DNA of 64,000 bases from an uncultured virus (IMG/VR IMGVR_UViG_3300042914_003341) (Duplodnaviria; Heunggongvirae; Uroviricota; Caudoviricetes), in IMG/VR virus record IMGVR_UViG_3300042914_003341, one strand, 5' to 3'. A program made the position numbers and the translations under genes. A model generated the notes under the pieces. It saw only the letters and a program-made list of their open reading frames with translations. It searched no databases and was not told the origin of the DNA. Below, in pieces: positions 28,884-39,090 of the stretch; the stretch's first letter is position 1; each line of letters opens with the position of its first letter.

Positions 28884-29168
28884 TCAGTCGTTTTGGTCTA
28901 GAATACCACGGAGTTCTGTGTTTGTAAGGTTGTGTCGGCGACGAAGCTCTGCAATTTCAGCAACAGCTTTTGCGCGACGCACTGCGTCAGCTTCTTCGTG
29001 ATCAGAAATCCAAACCTGAGCCTCTCTGGACAGGCCGTGTTCAAGCTGAGAACGTTTGATCAGCTTTGCCATCTCACATGCAACCCGGGTTGCAAGGTCA
29101 AGGCGTTCGTTGGAGTCGGTGGTTGCGTGGCCATATTCATGGCCATCGCGCGGATCAATGCATGGCAT
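28884..29168 (-). CDS. Hypothetical protein
   Basis: MPCIDP..ATRVAC..WISDHEEAD. Confidence 0.7.
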   Translation of the reverse strand: MPCIDPRDGHEYGHATTDSNERLDLATRVACEMAKLIKRSQLEHGLSREAQVWISDHEEADAVRRAKAVAEIAELRRRHNLTNTELRGILDQND

Positions 29169-29203
29169 GGTTTGTGTTTCTTCCTTCCATGCCTTGGATG
29201 CTA

Positions 29204-29701
29204 CTACTTCTCGGCGCTGCTGTCAAGTAGAGCCTTGAGTTGATCCAAGCTCATGCCAGATGCCTTGAGGGCTTCTGCAACCTTTGTCTGAGCCTGATCC
29301 TCGTTGGCCTTGATCCAGTCACGTGATGCTGGAGTGAGGCTTGCAATGAAACCTTGAACAAAGCGTGGCTCCATCTGCACACGGAGTTGATGGAGCATGT
29401 CATGCACCACCTGATTTGCTTGATATGTTGCTGGATGTGCACTAGGTGCAACAGCAACAACCGAGGCAAAGCGCGGAACTGCGCGCAGCCCAATGTTTGC
29501 AAGAAGATCGAGCTCTTCGCGACGTGCAGCATCATCATCGTGCATTGGATGCATCAGCTTGCAATCACGCTGGTCATGATTGTCAATGCTTGCACGAATA
29601 TTCTTTTCTCGTTCCAATTGCCGTTGAGTCCAGTTGTCACCACGTGTGCGGTTCAGTGGAGCATTTTGTTCGCGATGTACCTCATTGGTTAGCCAACTCA
29701 T
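29204..29701 (-). CDS. Hypothetical protein
   Basis: Minus-strand ORF. Confidence 0.65.
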   Translation of the reverse strand: MSWLTNEVHREQNAPLNRTRGDNWTQRQLEREKNIRASIDNHDQRDCKLMHPMHDDDAARREELDLLANIGLRAVPRFASVVAVAPSAHPATYQANQVVHDMLHQLRVQMEPRFVQGFIASLTPASRDWIKANEDQAQTKVAEALKASGMSLDQLKALLDSSAEK

Positions 29702-29710
29702 TGTCTCATC

Positions 29711-29914
29711 TCACTTCTTGTTGTTGTTGTTTACCTTTGACAAAATTGAATCAACGTATGCCTGCTCTGCGGGCGTCAGCGTCGGAGGATTGGCACGCCA
29801 CAGCTCCAGCGCAGTTGAAAATGTCCGTTCAATGATAACCTGCGTCTCGTGGCTGTGTGGACTGTTTGCGGTGTTCTTGTTGAAAGCATCAGTGATCGAT
29901 TGGAAGATAGACAT
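29711..29914 (-). CDS. Hypothetical protein
   Basis: ORF behind promoter at ~29956. Confidence 0.6.
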   Translation of the reverse strand: MSIFQSITDAFNKNTANSPHSHETQVIIERTFSTALELWRANPPTLTPAEQAYVDSILSKVNNNNKK

Positions 29915-29958
29915 TGTGTTGGACCTTTTCCTTTGTTGAGTCAGTGAGTGTTCAGACC

Positions 29959-30258
29959 TTATCGCCGCTTGGTCTTCTTGTCAAGTCGTTCTGCGTGGAC
30001 CGCTTGCCGGAGCTCTTCGATCTGGTCTGGTGTGAGCAATTCCCACCTCAGCTCCAACTCGTCATTTGAGTTGATGAATGGTTTTGCGGCGAAAACCTCA
30101 TATTTGAAATACCGGTAATCGCTGATCCTGTTGACCACGTGGCCTGGGGTTTCATAGATATTCTGATCCTTGAGCCTAGGCTTGGCGTTGGGATCCGTGT
30201 ATGGATATCCTCGATTAAATCGCTTTACCTTATAGATCTTCAGCGAATTGGGATTCAT
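29959..30258 (-). CDS. Hypothetical protein
   Basis: Minus-strand ORF. Confidence 0.65.
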   Translation of the reverse strand: MNPNSLKIYKVKRFNRGYPYTDPNAKPRLKDQNIYETPGHVVNRISDYRYFKYEVFAAKPFINSNDELELRWELLTPDQIEELRQAVHAERLDKKTKRR

Positions 30259-30305
30259 GGTGTTTGTTCTTTCTTTCTGTTTGTGATTGATGGCTTATTG
30301 ATCGA

Positions 30306-30743
30306 TCAGCAGGGCTTGACTGGCTTCTTTGCTTGAAGAGCTTGCCAATGCTTGTTGAAACCTTCCGGAGTGTAATCCCCAGCGTCAGCATTTAGTGCAT
30401 CAACTTCCTTCTGCCAAGCCGCAAGAAGAATGTCGTAGAATTCCTGCGACTGACGCAGCTTCGCAGCCGCTTCTTTGGCTTTGCGCTTGGCATTGAGCTC
30501 CCAGATGCGTTCACTAATCGATTCACTGTGACCTGGGAATGTCAAAACTATCCGGACATCCAAGTTCCGAATCAGAGTTGGAGCATCCAGGCCGCTGTAA
30601 GAACTTGCAAGTTTGTCAAGCGCTTCATCGAGTGTGTCGCCATGGAATTTGTCATCAAAACTGTCGATGACTTCATATGTTGTCTCGACGCCATCGAAAT
30701 AAACATACGGAGAATCAGGAATGTTGATGCTGTGAGCGCTCAT
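30306..30743 (-). CDS. Hypothetical protein
   Basis: Start refined to MSAHSI behind promoter at ~30782. Confidence 0.65.
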   Translation of the reverse strand: MSAHSINIPDSPYVYFDGVETTYEVIDSFDDKFHGDTLDEALDKLASSYSGLDAPTLIRNLDVRIVLTFPGHSESISERIWELNAKRKAKEAAAKLRQSQEFYDILLAAWQKEVDALNADAGDYTPEGFNKHWQALQAKKPVKPC

Positions 30744-30826
30744 GGTTTGTATCCGTTTCCTTTGTTGATGGAGACGATCAGACGCTAGCACGATCCTAGG
30801 ATGCTGTCAAGTGAGCGTAGTCATCA

Positions 30827-31057
30827 TCACGACCATGCAGCAATTGTGTCTGCCAATTCAACGAACTCCCAGCAGTGCATGTATTCGAATGGATAATGCT
30901 TCAAAACAACGGTGTTCACGAACATGCTGTTGTAAACACCAGATTTGAACAAACTAGTGTACGTATGCACGTGCGCATCTACTTTCGAGATTGACTCCAA
31001 TATGCGTCGGTAAGATCGGCTGGTTTTGTTCCACTCATCATCCCATCGATTATCCAT
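30827..31057 (-). CDS. ELAD-motif family protein
   Basis: C-terminus EFVELADTIAAWS*. Confidence 0.75.
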   Translation of the reverse strand: MDNRWDDEWNKTSRSYRRILESISKVDAHVHTYTSLFKSGVYNSMFVNTVVLKHYPFEYMHCWEFVELADTIAAWS

Positions 31058-31259
31058 GATGATTACTCGCCGCCAAAACATCTGCTAATTCAACGAACAG
31101 ATCAAGCCTTGCGCTCATTGTGAATATGGGGATCGAATGCCCAAAAAAAGGATCAATTGTACGTTCTATGTGATAAATGTACATCTGGCCACCATACACA
31201 GAAGCCAGCGGGCCAAATGACCAACTTATCCTGCGATGTATTGGCTCGTTGTTGTTCAT
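31050..31259 (-). CDS. ELAD-motif family protein
   Basis: C-terminus LFVELADVLAASNHHG*. Confidence 0.75.
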   Translation of the reverse strand: MNNNEPIHRRISWSFGPLASVYGGQMYIYHIERTIDPFFGHSIPIFTMSARLDLFVELADVLAASNHHG

Positions 31260-31843
31260 GTCATTGGATGGAGGATATCAGCAATGTCAGCAAAATACAT
31301 GAGGCGTTTCGGCAACGCCTCATCAACGTCCCAACTGTTTCGTTGCATCAAATTCTCTTGTTCTTTGGATGCCTTGGTCCAATCCGTTTGGAGCTCGTAT
31401 GAGCCAAAACTCTCTTTGGCCATATAAAATGCCTCAGTCAGACCAAGCACGGAAAATTTGTACACCGTCTTAGCTAGTAGAACAATTGGCGCCTCCATAT
31501 AGGCAATGTTGTGAGAATTGCGCAGGTATGTTCCGAACTGATCGGAAGTTATTGCTGCAATGTTGTCGACGAATTTCTGGAGCATTTCTAGCCGTTCAGT
31601 GGCGGCAGTTTTGTCAAAAACTCGCATCGATGACACTTGATCTGTTGTTTGATCTGGTCGGAAATATTTGGCTACAAGCTGCGAATCAACAACGCTGATT
31701 GCCAGCTCGAAACTTTGTACCAATGAGGTTTCCGGCCCAACACCAAAACCAGACAACAGTTGCCTGTCTTTTGCAGGTAGGCTATACCACTGCATTGCAC
31801 TGATTGTTTTCTTTGCGCCCATGATGATTGATCTATCTCCCAC
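31256..31843 (-). CDS. ELAD-motif family protein
   Basis: C-terminus YFADIADILHPMT*. Confidence 0.75.
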   Translation of the reverse strand: MGDRSIIMGAKKTISAMQWYSLPAKDRQLLSGFGVGPETSLVQSFELAISVVDSQLVAKYFRPDQTTDQVSSMRVFDKTAATERLEMLQKFVDNIAAITSDQFGTYLRNSHNIAYMEAPIVLLAKTVYKFSVLGLTEAFYMAKESFGSYELQTDWTKASKEQENLMQRNSWDVDEALPKRLMYFADIADILHPMT

Positions 31844-31900
31844 TGTGGATGATGGTCGTTGGTTGAGTCAGATGGATGCTAGCTGATGGCTGGGAAGTTG

Positions 31901-32116
31901 TCAAGTGGCTGGGAGAATGAGCACGTCGCAAATCTCTGCGAATTGGAGTGATTCCGGCCTTGGCCCAAGTTTTTGGTGCCGAACAAACAAACCAATGTCA
32001 TCGATGCATTGCGGCGATTTATGCTCCCACCAGAGCATTTCTAACATGCCATAGAGGTCGTCCAATGGTTTTTTTTTCATCTCTTTTATTGTTAAATCAA
32101 GGCTCATAATGCTCAT
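31901..32116 (-). CDS. ELAD-motif family protein
   Basis: C-terminus QFAEICDVLILPAT*. Confidence 0.75.
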   Translation of the reverse strand: MSIMSLDLTIKEMKKKPLDDLYGMLEMLWWEHKSPQCIDDIGLFVRHQKLGPRPESLQFAEICDVLILPAT

Positions 32117-32343
32117 ACGTTGTCCACCAGGAGCAGATCGGATATGTCTGCGAGTTCTTTCAGAAGAAAGATCTTGCTACGCTGCCACGGCTCGATCCCA
32201 TCAACGATCAAATGATCAATTGATACAGCCAGGGCATTGATGTGTGAACCGTGTTTGACAGCTAGGTATGTTCGCCTGAGATAGCATCGAACAGATGACC
32301 AACAATTTGTTGGATTGATCAGCTCTGTTGGATTGATGATCAT
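32113..32343 (-). CDS. ELAD-motif family protein
   Basis: C-terminus LLKELADISDLLLVDNV*. Confidence 0.75.
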   Translation of the reverse strand: MIINPTELINPTNCWSSVRCYLRRTYLAVKHGSHINALAVSIDHLIVDGIEPWQRSKIFLLKELADISDLLLVDNV

Positions 32344-32540
32344 GGCTCGGCCACTAGCAGCATGTCCATGAGCTCGATTAGTTGAATCACATCACCGACG
32401 CCAAATATATCACCCGGGTCGTACATCAAGAAATCGTCCGTCAATCCTGCAAAATCGTTGATGCCATTATTGTTTCTCCAATATAGATCATGCAGGAGTT
32501 TAGCGATCCGGCGACCCGGAAAATTTTCGTCTAGGAACAT
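32340..32540 (-). CDS. ELAD-motif family protein
   Basis: C-terminus QLIELMDMLLVAEP*. Confidence 0.7.
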   Translation of the reverse strand: MFLDENFPGRRIAKLLHDLYWRNNNGINDFAGLTDDFLMYDPGDIFGVGDVIQLIELMDMLLVAEP

Positions 32541-32890
32541 GCTCCATTCGTCTGTTTGACGCCAGTGTTGTCTTGCACAACGTTGATTGTGATGCTGTTG
32601 TCTTCTTTGGCAAATCCCATGTCAACCAGCGTTGTCCTGCCCTTGACCAAGCCGCCGACTAGCACACAGAAAGCAACAAAAGCCATTCCTGTTGCAAAGG
32701 TTACGTTGGCGGTTGGAAAGAATGGCTTGGTGATTCCTTGAATCAGGAATTGAGCCATTATTGCATCAAACACAATCCCCAGAGTCAGAAACCCTAGTTC
32801 CTTGCACCTCGTGACGTTTAGCACAAGTTTCTTGGTCAGATGAATGATGTGATCGGGCTGAGTCTTCGGCCCAAGTGTGATGAATGACAT
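32531..32890 (-). CDS. Membrane protein
   Basis: Two hydrophobic segments. Confidence 0.65.
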   Translation of the reverse strand: MSFITLGPKTQPDHIIHLTKKLVLNVTRCKELGFLTLGIVFDAIMAQFLIQGITKPFFPTANVTFATGMAFVAFCVLVGGLVKGRTTLVDMGFAKEDNSITINVVQDNTGVKQTNGACS

Positions 32891-32918
32891 ATGTTGGTTT
32901 TATCTTCTTTCTTTGTTT

Positions 32919-33134
32919 TTACAGGTAGTTGGCGACAGGGTTGAACTTCTCACGAAATGCAGCCAGGAGATCGTAGTATTCACGAGAGGCATTGTCCACC
33001 TGCCACTGTCTGACATTTGACAGATAGAATCCAGCTTCTTGGTCGCCAAGAAACTTAGCAGCGGCGCACAGCTCATCCAGAGCCGTGTCAAAATCATCGG
33101 AAATGGCGGGCACACGGCGAACATTATCACTCAT
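32919..33134 (-). CDS. Hypothetical protein
   Basis: Minus-strand ORF. Confidence 0.6.
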   Translation of the reverse strand: MSDNVRRVPAISDDFDTALDELCAAAKFLGDQEAGFYLSNVRQWQVDNASREYYDLLAAFREKFNPVANYL

Positions 33135-33408
33135 TGCATTCTTCCTGTTCTTCTATGATGATATCAGTTGCTTCGCGGCGAATCTTCTTGTTCCAGTATC
33201 TTGCCTCTGATTGTCGGAACTTTGCTGCGCTTTCTGGGGTGACATAGGAAGGAGAACCGTCAAAGGCAATTCCTTCCTCAACCATCTCCTTGAGGGTTTT
33301 ACGAGGCAACCATCCAGGAAATCTGTGAATCAACTTCCTGCGGTGCTGTGCATCCTTCGTGGTGTGTTCCATCGCTGTCCGATCTGAAACCAGTCTAGCT
33401 CTTCTCAA
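33127..33408 (-). CDS. Hypothetical protein
   Basis: Minus-strand ORF. Confidence 0.6.
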   Translation of the reverse strand: MRRARLVSDRTAMEHTTKDAQHRRKLIHRFPGWLPRKTLKEMVEEGIAFDGSPSYVTPESAAKFRQSEARYWNKKIRREATDIIIEEQEECNE

Positions 33409-33417
33409 AGCTGTGTG

Positions 33418-34020
33418 TCAAGGGCCTGTTTGCAGCATGTCTGCTAGATCAATTAGCTCGTGCAGTATAGGAAAACTGGGTTGCGTTAGGTTGGAAATTG
33501 TTTCCAAGAGGTCATACTCGGATTGGATTAGCTTGTCACGCTCAAAATAATACAATTTACCATCCTCGCCATTGATTACCATTGAAATTTCACCAAGATT
33601 GATTCCCGCGGCGAAAATATCATACAGGCTCTGGCGCAATCGGCATTCCATGGCCCTGTACTCTTTTGTCAGATTTGAGACAATCATTGGCTCATTAACG
33701 GCCGAAACCCCAGCCAACACGTCGACATTGCGCTTAGTGACGCTATAAACATGGATGTTCATGGCATCCCAAACTGTTTCTGCCTCCAGGATTGATCGTT
33801 CAGCATATGAGCTAAGTGACATTGTAGGCGCCATTCTCAATCGAGAACCATTATTGCTCTCTACAACAGACGTCATATCAACTTCGCGTCGCAAAAGCAA
33901 TGGCCGCCTAGGCAGCCCGCGGTAGGCACCGAAAAAATTGATTGAAACAGCACGCTGCGCAACTGTCATGCTGTCCCAGGTATCAGGGTCAATAGCTAGT
34001 GGCATCGTTTTGTGCGTCAT
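33418..34020 (-). CDS. ELAD-motif family protein
   Basis: C-terminus ELIDLADMLQTGP*. Confidence 0.75.
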   Translation of the reverse strand: MTHKTMPLAIDPDTWDSMTVAQRAVSINFFGAYRGLPRRPLLLRREVDMTSVVESNNGSRLRMAPTMSLSSYAERSILEAETVWDAMNIHVYSVTKRNVDVLAGVSAVNEPMIVSNLTKEYRAMECRLRQSLYDIFAAGINLGEISMVINGEDGKLYYFERDKLIQSEYDLLETISNLTQPSFPILHELIDLADMLQTGP

Positions 34021-34038
34021 CCTTTCTACAGTATCAAC

Positions 34039-34692
34039 TTACATCCAGGGAGAGGCGATGTCAAGGACATGCTTGATCTCTTCGAGGTCTGTGAATGGTT
34101 GGTACAGATCTTTGAAAGAAAAGCTGGAGAGGTCGTTGTTTGAGTATGTTACCTTCTTGGTGTTGCGGCCAAACTTTGTTGGATGTTCGTGCAGGAGCCA
34201 CATCGCCTCTTCTGTTGGAACAAACACCGTGTGAATGTCCTCCGCATTCATCGAGGTGATTCGACCCATGTCTTCATCAACCAAGATTTCGTTCTGCAAA
34301 CCAACATACTTGCACCTCTGCGCTCCATTTTCATCCAGCAACTGAGCGAACCCTGGACTGGCTGTGGAAACAATCTTCGATTGAAACTCCCAGAGCTTGA
34401 TCTTGCCATGCTGCATCTGATGACTACCCACCTCATCAACGGTGCAATTGATCATGCAACCCTGAATGACGGTGAAGTCAATCGCACAGTGATGGCCATG
34501 GAATGCGATCTGGAGTTGATCTGAGTAAGGATGACGCACACCCAGCGAGTGACCCTTCCTTGCCCAGAAAACCCTGACAAGCTCTCCGCTGCTGCCTTCA
34601 CCAAGAACAACCGAATCAAGTCCTGGCGCATGGCAGTTCTTGAGACTTTTCGCGGCGATCTCTTCTAAACTGAAACGACGAATATTGCTCAT
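34039..34692 (-). CDS. Hypothetical protein, possible cupin-like fold
   Basis: NCHAPGLDSVVL..FHGHHCAIDFTVIQG..IHTV. Confidence 0.55.
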   Translation of the reverse strand: MSNIRRFSLEEIAAKSLKNCHAPGLDSVVLGEGSSGELVRVFWARKGHSLGVRHPYSDQLQIAFHGHHCAIDFTVIQGCMINCTVDEVGSHQMQHGKIKLWEFQSKIVSTASPGFAQLLDENGAQRCKYVGLQNEILVDEDMGRITSMNAEDIHTVFVPTEEAMWLLHEHPTKFGRNTKKVTYSNNDLSSFSFKDLYQPFTDLEEIKHVLDIASPWM

Positions 34693-34763
34693 GTGGCGTT
34701 TGACCGATCCTTTCCAGTGAGAGCTAAGATCCTACAGCATGAGTGCTGCTCTGTCAAGCAGAC

Positions 34764-35150
34764 TCAGTACGTCTGTTGAACGATGGCCTGCTTCTCGATC
34801 TTAACCTTTTCAAACCCAAAGCAGAGCAGGAACGCTGCAACATCAGAACGCTTTGCTCCGATCACAGTCCAATCATCCTCCCCAATCATTGAATATTGAG
34901 AAGAGTTCAGTACCTGAACCGACTCCCCATTTGGACCAACATATGTTTCCGGGGCTAGATTCTTGCAACGGTTCGTCAAACCACGAGCCAGCCGCCAACC
35001 TTTCAGGTAATAAACATCAGACAGATCAGGGATGTTTTCCGATGAATCCAATTCCGCATCGCAGCACAGCTCTGCATGATCTGCAAAGATCTTTGTTTCC
35101 CCAATGAAAGCGACGTTCTTGCACAGTTCCGCATGTGTGTGATCACTCAT
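34764..35150 (-). CDS. Hypothetical protein
   Basis: Minus-strand ORF. Confidence 0.65.
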   Translation of the reverse strand: MSDHTHAELCKNVAFIGETKIFADHAELCCDAELDSSENIPDLSDVYYLKGWRLARGLTNRCKNLAPETYVGPNGESVQVLNSSQYSMIGEDDWTVIGAKRSDVAAFLLCFGFEKVKIEKQAIVQQTY

Positions 35151-35173
35151 CTGTTGTTTCTCCTTATGTCTTT

Positions 35174-35371
35174 CTAATTTGTTTGCAGCAAAACATCGCC
35201 AAGATCGGCCATATCATGAAGAGTTTGGTTGCTCATAAAGAGCTCGATGCCACGCCATAAGCCAATAAGTTTCATATCGAATGCAGCTAGCGCAACATGA
35301 CGCGCTCCAGGCATCGCACCAACAGCGTAAAACGAGTTGACATATGACAGCAGACTGACTCTGTTACTCAT
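35174..35371 (-). CDS. ELAD-motif family protein
   Basis: C-terminus DMADLGDVLLQTN*. Confidence 0.75.
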   Translation of the reverse strand: MSNRVSLLSYVNSFYAVGAMPGARHVALAAFDMKLIGLWRGIELFMSNQTLHDMADLGDVLLQTN

Positions 35372-35862
35372 GATGTCATTTGATCTTGAAGCACATCAGC
35401 CAATTCAATGAATGAGTTGCATGCACCATTGTTCATGTCAATGAAACTACTGCTTGCAGTCCCAATGATATTGTTCAACACCGGCCTGACAGCTCCTAGC
35501 TCGAACACGTGAAGCGTGTTTCCGAACAAAACATGCGTGAATCGACAGTGTCTGAATTCCGCAAATTTGCGTGCGATTCTACGAGAAGAAACTTGCATGG
35601 CTTGATAAACCATCGCGATTGTTTTTTGGTGGCGTCGGTGCGCAGAATCATCACACTTTGACGATCCATAGTGAAATTGAGGCGATAAGACAATCGTATC
35701 TTCCACGCCTTCGATTGCAATGAAGCCATTACTCTCCCAAGACTTTAACACGCTTGGTGGCGCATTGGTAGGCGCCGTGAAAAAGACAACGATTTGTTGA
35801 AAACTTCTTCCAAACGTTATCGGCAGTCTTGTCAGAAACACTGAATTGTCTTGCATCGTCAT
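35368..35862 (-). CDS. ELAD-motif family protein
   Basis: C-terminus SFIELADVLQDQMTS*. Confidence 0.75.
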   Translation of the reverse strand: MTMQDNSVFLTRLPITFGRSFQQIVVFFTAPTNAPPSVLKSWESNGFIAIEGVEDTIVLSPQFHYGSSKCDDSAHRRHQKTIAMVYQAMQVSSRRIARKFAEFRHCRFTHVLFGNTLHVFELGAVRPVLNNIIGTASSSFIDMNNGACNSFIELADVLQDQMTS

Positions 35863-36311
35863 TCACTCCTTCTGTGATGATACTTCTCACAATCGCAAGC
35901 CAGAGCGGTGCTGCGGTTGAATCTTTGGTAGACCATTGACATCTCAGTGAACTTCCTGTAGTTGTCTGAGAATAAGTTGGTTGTTTTGGTCAACCATCCT
36001 CTGAGATTTTCATGAATGCATTCAGTCATATCGGTTGGCGCCTGAACCCATACATGGGCAATCGATGCAACAAATGGAACAGACAAAGTGATTGCTGATG
36101 GCTCACCACTCAGTCCGACATGGGTCAACAGTGTGGTGTCTAGTGCCGCCACCGTTGCCTTGCTCCACAAACCACCCAGATAGGCTCGATACCACTTCTC
36201 TTCACAAAGCTCATAGTGTTTCTTTGTGAAAAAGTAGTACCTTTGCACAAGAGTCAGCTTGGTATGGGGCTGATGGTACTCAACAACTTTTGCGGATTCC
36301 CTGTAAGGCAT
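35859..36311 (-). CDS. Hypothetical protein (probably leaderless)
   Basis: ATG 6 nt after the -10 box of promoter 36318-36346. Confidence 0.65.
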   Translation of the reverse strand: MPYRESAKVVEYHQPHTKLTLVQRYYFFTKKHYELCEEKWYRAYLGGLWSKATVAALDTTLLTHVGLSGEPSAITLSVPFVASIAHVWVQAPTDMTECIHENLRGWLTKTTNLFSDNYRKFTEMSMVYQRFNRSTALACDCEKYHHRRSE

Positions 36312-36342
36312 GAACAGACCTTAGCAGATGGCTGGGAGGGTG

Positions 36343-36600
36343 TCAAGGATCCGCAGACCACAACTGATGGCAATTATACGCTGACACAACTCTACGTTCC
36401 TTCAATCTCCCAGAATAATCACAGCATGGCATCATGTGCATGATCTGCTGAGCATTGTGACATGGACAGCCGCAATACCTGCCAATGGCGTTTTCATTCG
36501 TATACCTGCCGCGGTGTTCTGTGATCCTGGCAGTGTTGTCTGTGATCAGACTGTCTACCGGCGCAGCCTCGCAGACGTATATTGTTTTCTTATTGCTCAT
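36343..36600 (-). CDS. Cys/His-rich hypothetical protein
   Basis: CGCPCH..HMMPCC. Confidence 0.65.
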   Translation of the reverse strand: MSNKKTIYVCEAAPVDSLITDNTARITEHRGRYTNENAIGRYCGCPCHNAQQIMHMMPCCDYSGRLKERRVVSAYNCHQLWSADP

Positions 36601-37013
36601 GGTGCACAGTCAAATATCCATCCAATTCCAAGATATTGTTTGTCTGTTGGATCTGTGGCAATCACAACACTGATCAGTCTGTTTCGTTCATAATCACCGT
36701 CGACCGGTTCAAACTCACGAATGATGATCTTTGGGTCATCAATCTTGGCAGATGTGTGACAACACCATCCCTCATTTTTTTGGCCAAGATCTGCGAACAT
36801 TTTAAGATGTGCATCCGGGTCTTTGCATGGATGGTTCTTTAATTTGGCCAGCGTCGTTTTGGTGGATCTTTTCCAAATATTGGTGCCAAACCGACCCAAC
36901 TCATCATAAACACAATGTCCTGATGCGCGGCGATGTTCTTGAACAGCAAAGTATATCATATATTTGCAAGTGAGCGTATCTATTTTTTTGTCGACCATTA
37001 CCTCTGAAACCAT
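36597..37013 (-). CDS. Hypothetical protein
   Basis: Minus-strand ORF. Confidence 0.6.
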   Translation of the reverse strand: MVSEVMVDKKIDTLTCKYMIYFAVQEHRRASGHCVYDELGRFGTNIWKRSTKTTLAKLKNHPCKDPDAHLKMFADLGQKNEGWCCHTSAKIDDPKIIIREFEPVDGDYERNRLISVVIATDPTDKQYLGIGWIFDCAP

Positions 37014-37624
37014 CCTTCTACTTTGTTCGTGTGAAATCCTGCCGCGAAATACTCTTCATGCGACCACGGCAACCGGTTGAGTATATCTGCACAATTCTTC
37101 CCACCAAGTGCTGCTCTGATCTTGTCTGATGTGTAAGCCTCAGACGTTCTTGAATTCATGTGATTTACCACACCGCTGGCATGATCGACGACTAGTGATG
37201 TTTGGCAAAGAACAGATTTCAAACAGAATCCAGCCATCACTCTGTCCATGTTGTCTGCGTTCATCTCATACAGAACAAACTTTCGATACCATGAACGGCT
37301 CTTCCAGTTGTCATACTTGTTTCTGTTGTGATGCACTACCATATAGCCATCATCATCTAGATCGCCATACTGATCCCCATTGTTCTCAGCAACGCATGAG
37401 TACCAATATGGCCTAGGCGTAAAGTCATGATGGCCTCGAAACACTTGATCAATGTCTGGCTTGACCCAGACAACACCATCGAAGATGCCATCTTGGTACT
37501 TCCAAGTGTACTGGAAGCTGGTCAGCCTGTCAAGGTTAACCCTGGCGTGGCGATCCTCTAGAATATTCCTAGGATGCCCTAGAGAGGCTCCGAACATGTT
37601 TGGGTTAGTTGGTGTGGTTGGCAT
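36998..37624 (-). CDS. Hypothetical protein
   Basis: 208-aa minus-strand ORF. Confidence 0.65.
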   Translation of the reverse strand: MPTTPTNPNMFGASLGHPRNILEDRHARVNLDRLTSFQYTWKYQDGIFDGVVWVKPDIDQVFRGHHDFTPRPYWYSCVAENNGDQYGDLDDDGYMVVHHNRNKYDNWKSRSWYRKFVLYEMNADNMDRVMAGFCLKSVLCQTSLVVDHASGVVNHMNSRTSEAYTSDKIRAALGGKNCADILNRLPWSHEEYFAAGFHTNKVEGWFQR

Positions 37625-37648
37625 GGTTTGGTGGCAGCAGAAATTGTT

Positions 37649-38104
37649 TTAGAAAGGATTCCTGATGATCAGAGTGGGGTATTCCTGTCTGATTACGTGC
37701 AGTCTGATTCTCCTCTGAATCCCTGAGACTGTTCTCAGGTATTCAACGCCTCTGACTCTGAGAGGAACGTTGGAGGTTTCTGTCATTGGGTCGCAAAGTC
37801 CTGTGTGAAATCTGAGAACAGACCCTTCCCAGGAGTTGCATGCCTGATATCCATTTGAAAGAACACGTGCAGCATTCATATGAGTTCCTGCCGCGTGTCT
37901 CTGCGAAACGGATGGTGGAGCTCCCCAGTCTCCTGACTGATTGAAGTCACAACCAAGGTGTGATTCCAGGAATGCAACAGAAGTCATCAGGTCCAGCGGT
38001 GGAATTGCTGGGAGTGTTTCTGAGGATGATGAAGCAATCTCTTGGAGTTGTGAAGCAATCCTGTCTTGGTTCCTTTCGATGCAATTCCTGTTGTTGTGGC
38101 TCAT
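37649..38104 (-). CDS. Hypothetical protein
   Basis: Minus-strand ORF. Confidence 0.55.
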   Translation of the reverse strand: MSHNNRNCIERNQDRIASQLQEIASSSSETLPAIPPLDLMTSVAFLESHLGCDFNQSGDWGAPPSVSQRHAAGTHMNAARVLSNGYQACNSWEGSVLRFHTGLCDPMTETSNVPLRVRGVEYLRTVSGIQRRIRLHVIRQEYPTLIIRNPF

Positions 38105-38147
38105 GTGAGGAAAGATGAAGAGGATCGCCGCGATGATTGTTTGAGGA

Positions 38148-38528
38148 TTAATAGTTCACTCGCTCCTCAGTCAGTCGGTACTCATAGATCTTGAATTCAT
38201 CTGGAATTCCGTTGAGGGTTCCAATTGCCGAAGACTCGATCATCCCACACTCATGTTGCCACTTGAATGTTTCATTCCAGGCATAGAAGCTGCCTGCGTC
38301 AGTCGTTTCAGACCAGACGGTGTCAACATCGCGGCCAAGCTCCTTCTCAAACTCAGCCAGTTGAGTGAGCCTGCGGCGTTCATTCTCAAACAAACGCTTG
38401 ATCCCTGCTGTGAGCGCGTCCTTGTTCCCATACACAAGGTTTGTCGGAGGAATTGCACCCTTGTCCTTCCCGGTGTGTGCGATCTGGAGAACATAGACAG
38501 ACGCAATCTTCTTGATGTTGTTACTCAT
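38148..38528 (-). CDS. Hypothetical protein
   Basis: Minus-strand ORF. Confidence 0.65.
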   Translation of the reverse strand: MSNNIKKIASVYVLQIAHTGKDKGAIPPTNLVYGNKDALTAGIKRLFENERRRLTQLAEFEKELGRDVDTVWSETTDAGSFYAWNETFKWQHECGMIESSAIGTLNGIPDEFKIYEYRLTEERVNY

Positions 38529-38763
38529 CGTTTTCCTCCAAACATTTCACAATTTTTGCACGATTCCAGAAATTGCCTCGGACCTTCTTCGGTGGGCTGT
38601 GATCTGTCACAAGATAGATCGTTGGCTGATCAACGAGTGTCCAAGCATATGCCTTTGCTTCGGCCTCGGCATTCTCACCTGTGAAAACCCTGATCGGATC
38701 AACGTGCATCCGACCGCGCCACACTGCTGTGACCATGTAGGTTGGTGTTGTCTGTTCTGTCAT
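38521..38763 (-). CDS. Hypothetical protein
   Basis: ORF behind promoter at ~38773. Confidence 0.65.
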   Translation of the reverse strand: MTEQTTPTYMVTAVWRGRMHVDPIRVFTGENAEAEAKAYAWTLVDQPTIYLVTDHSPPKKVRGNFWNRAKIVKCLEENDE

Positions 38764-38809
38764 GATGGAGCCAGCTTAGCGCATGACTTGAAGGCTGTCA
38801 AGTGAGCAA

Positions 38810-39019
38810 TCACAGGAACATGTCGGCCAGATGAACAAATTTGTCAAAAAACGTTTGTCTATTGCAGATATAAGATACATCGATCTTTCGTCCGGACAGC
38901 AGCAGTTTGCTGACCATGTATACATCATAACATTTCTGTGATATGACATATTTGCCAACAGGATGACTTGGTTGTTTATAAAACGCGTTTGTGAATCCAA
39001 GAAGTGTTTGTGAACTCAT
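38810..39019 (-). CDS. ELAD-motif family protein
   Basis: C-terminus FFDKFVHLADMFL*. Confidence 0.75.
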   Translation of the reverse strand: MSSQTLLGFTNAFYKQPSHPVGKYVISQKCYDVYMVSKLLLSGRKIDVSYICNRQTFFDKFVHLADMFL

Positions 39020-39090
39020 GAATCAGTGCCTTTCGTGTTAAACCGTGTACACGCCGCAGAGCTATAGCAGTCTCAACGGAATGTGTCAAG

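Noticed and set aside
486..30000. Regularly recurring ~30-bp repeats as a CRISPR array or integron attC sites
   Set aside because: The repeats are separated by whole genes of variable length, conserve only the -35/-10 boxes with 17-bp spacing, are not palindromic, and no cas or integrase gene is present. They are promoters.
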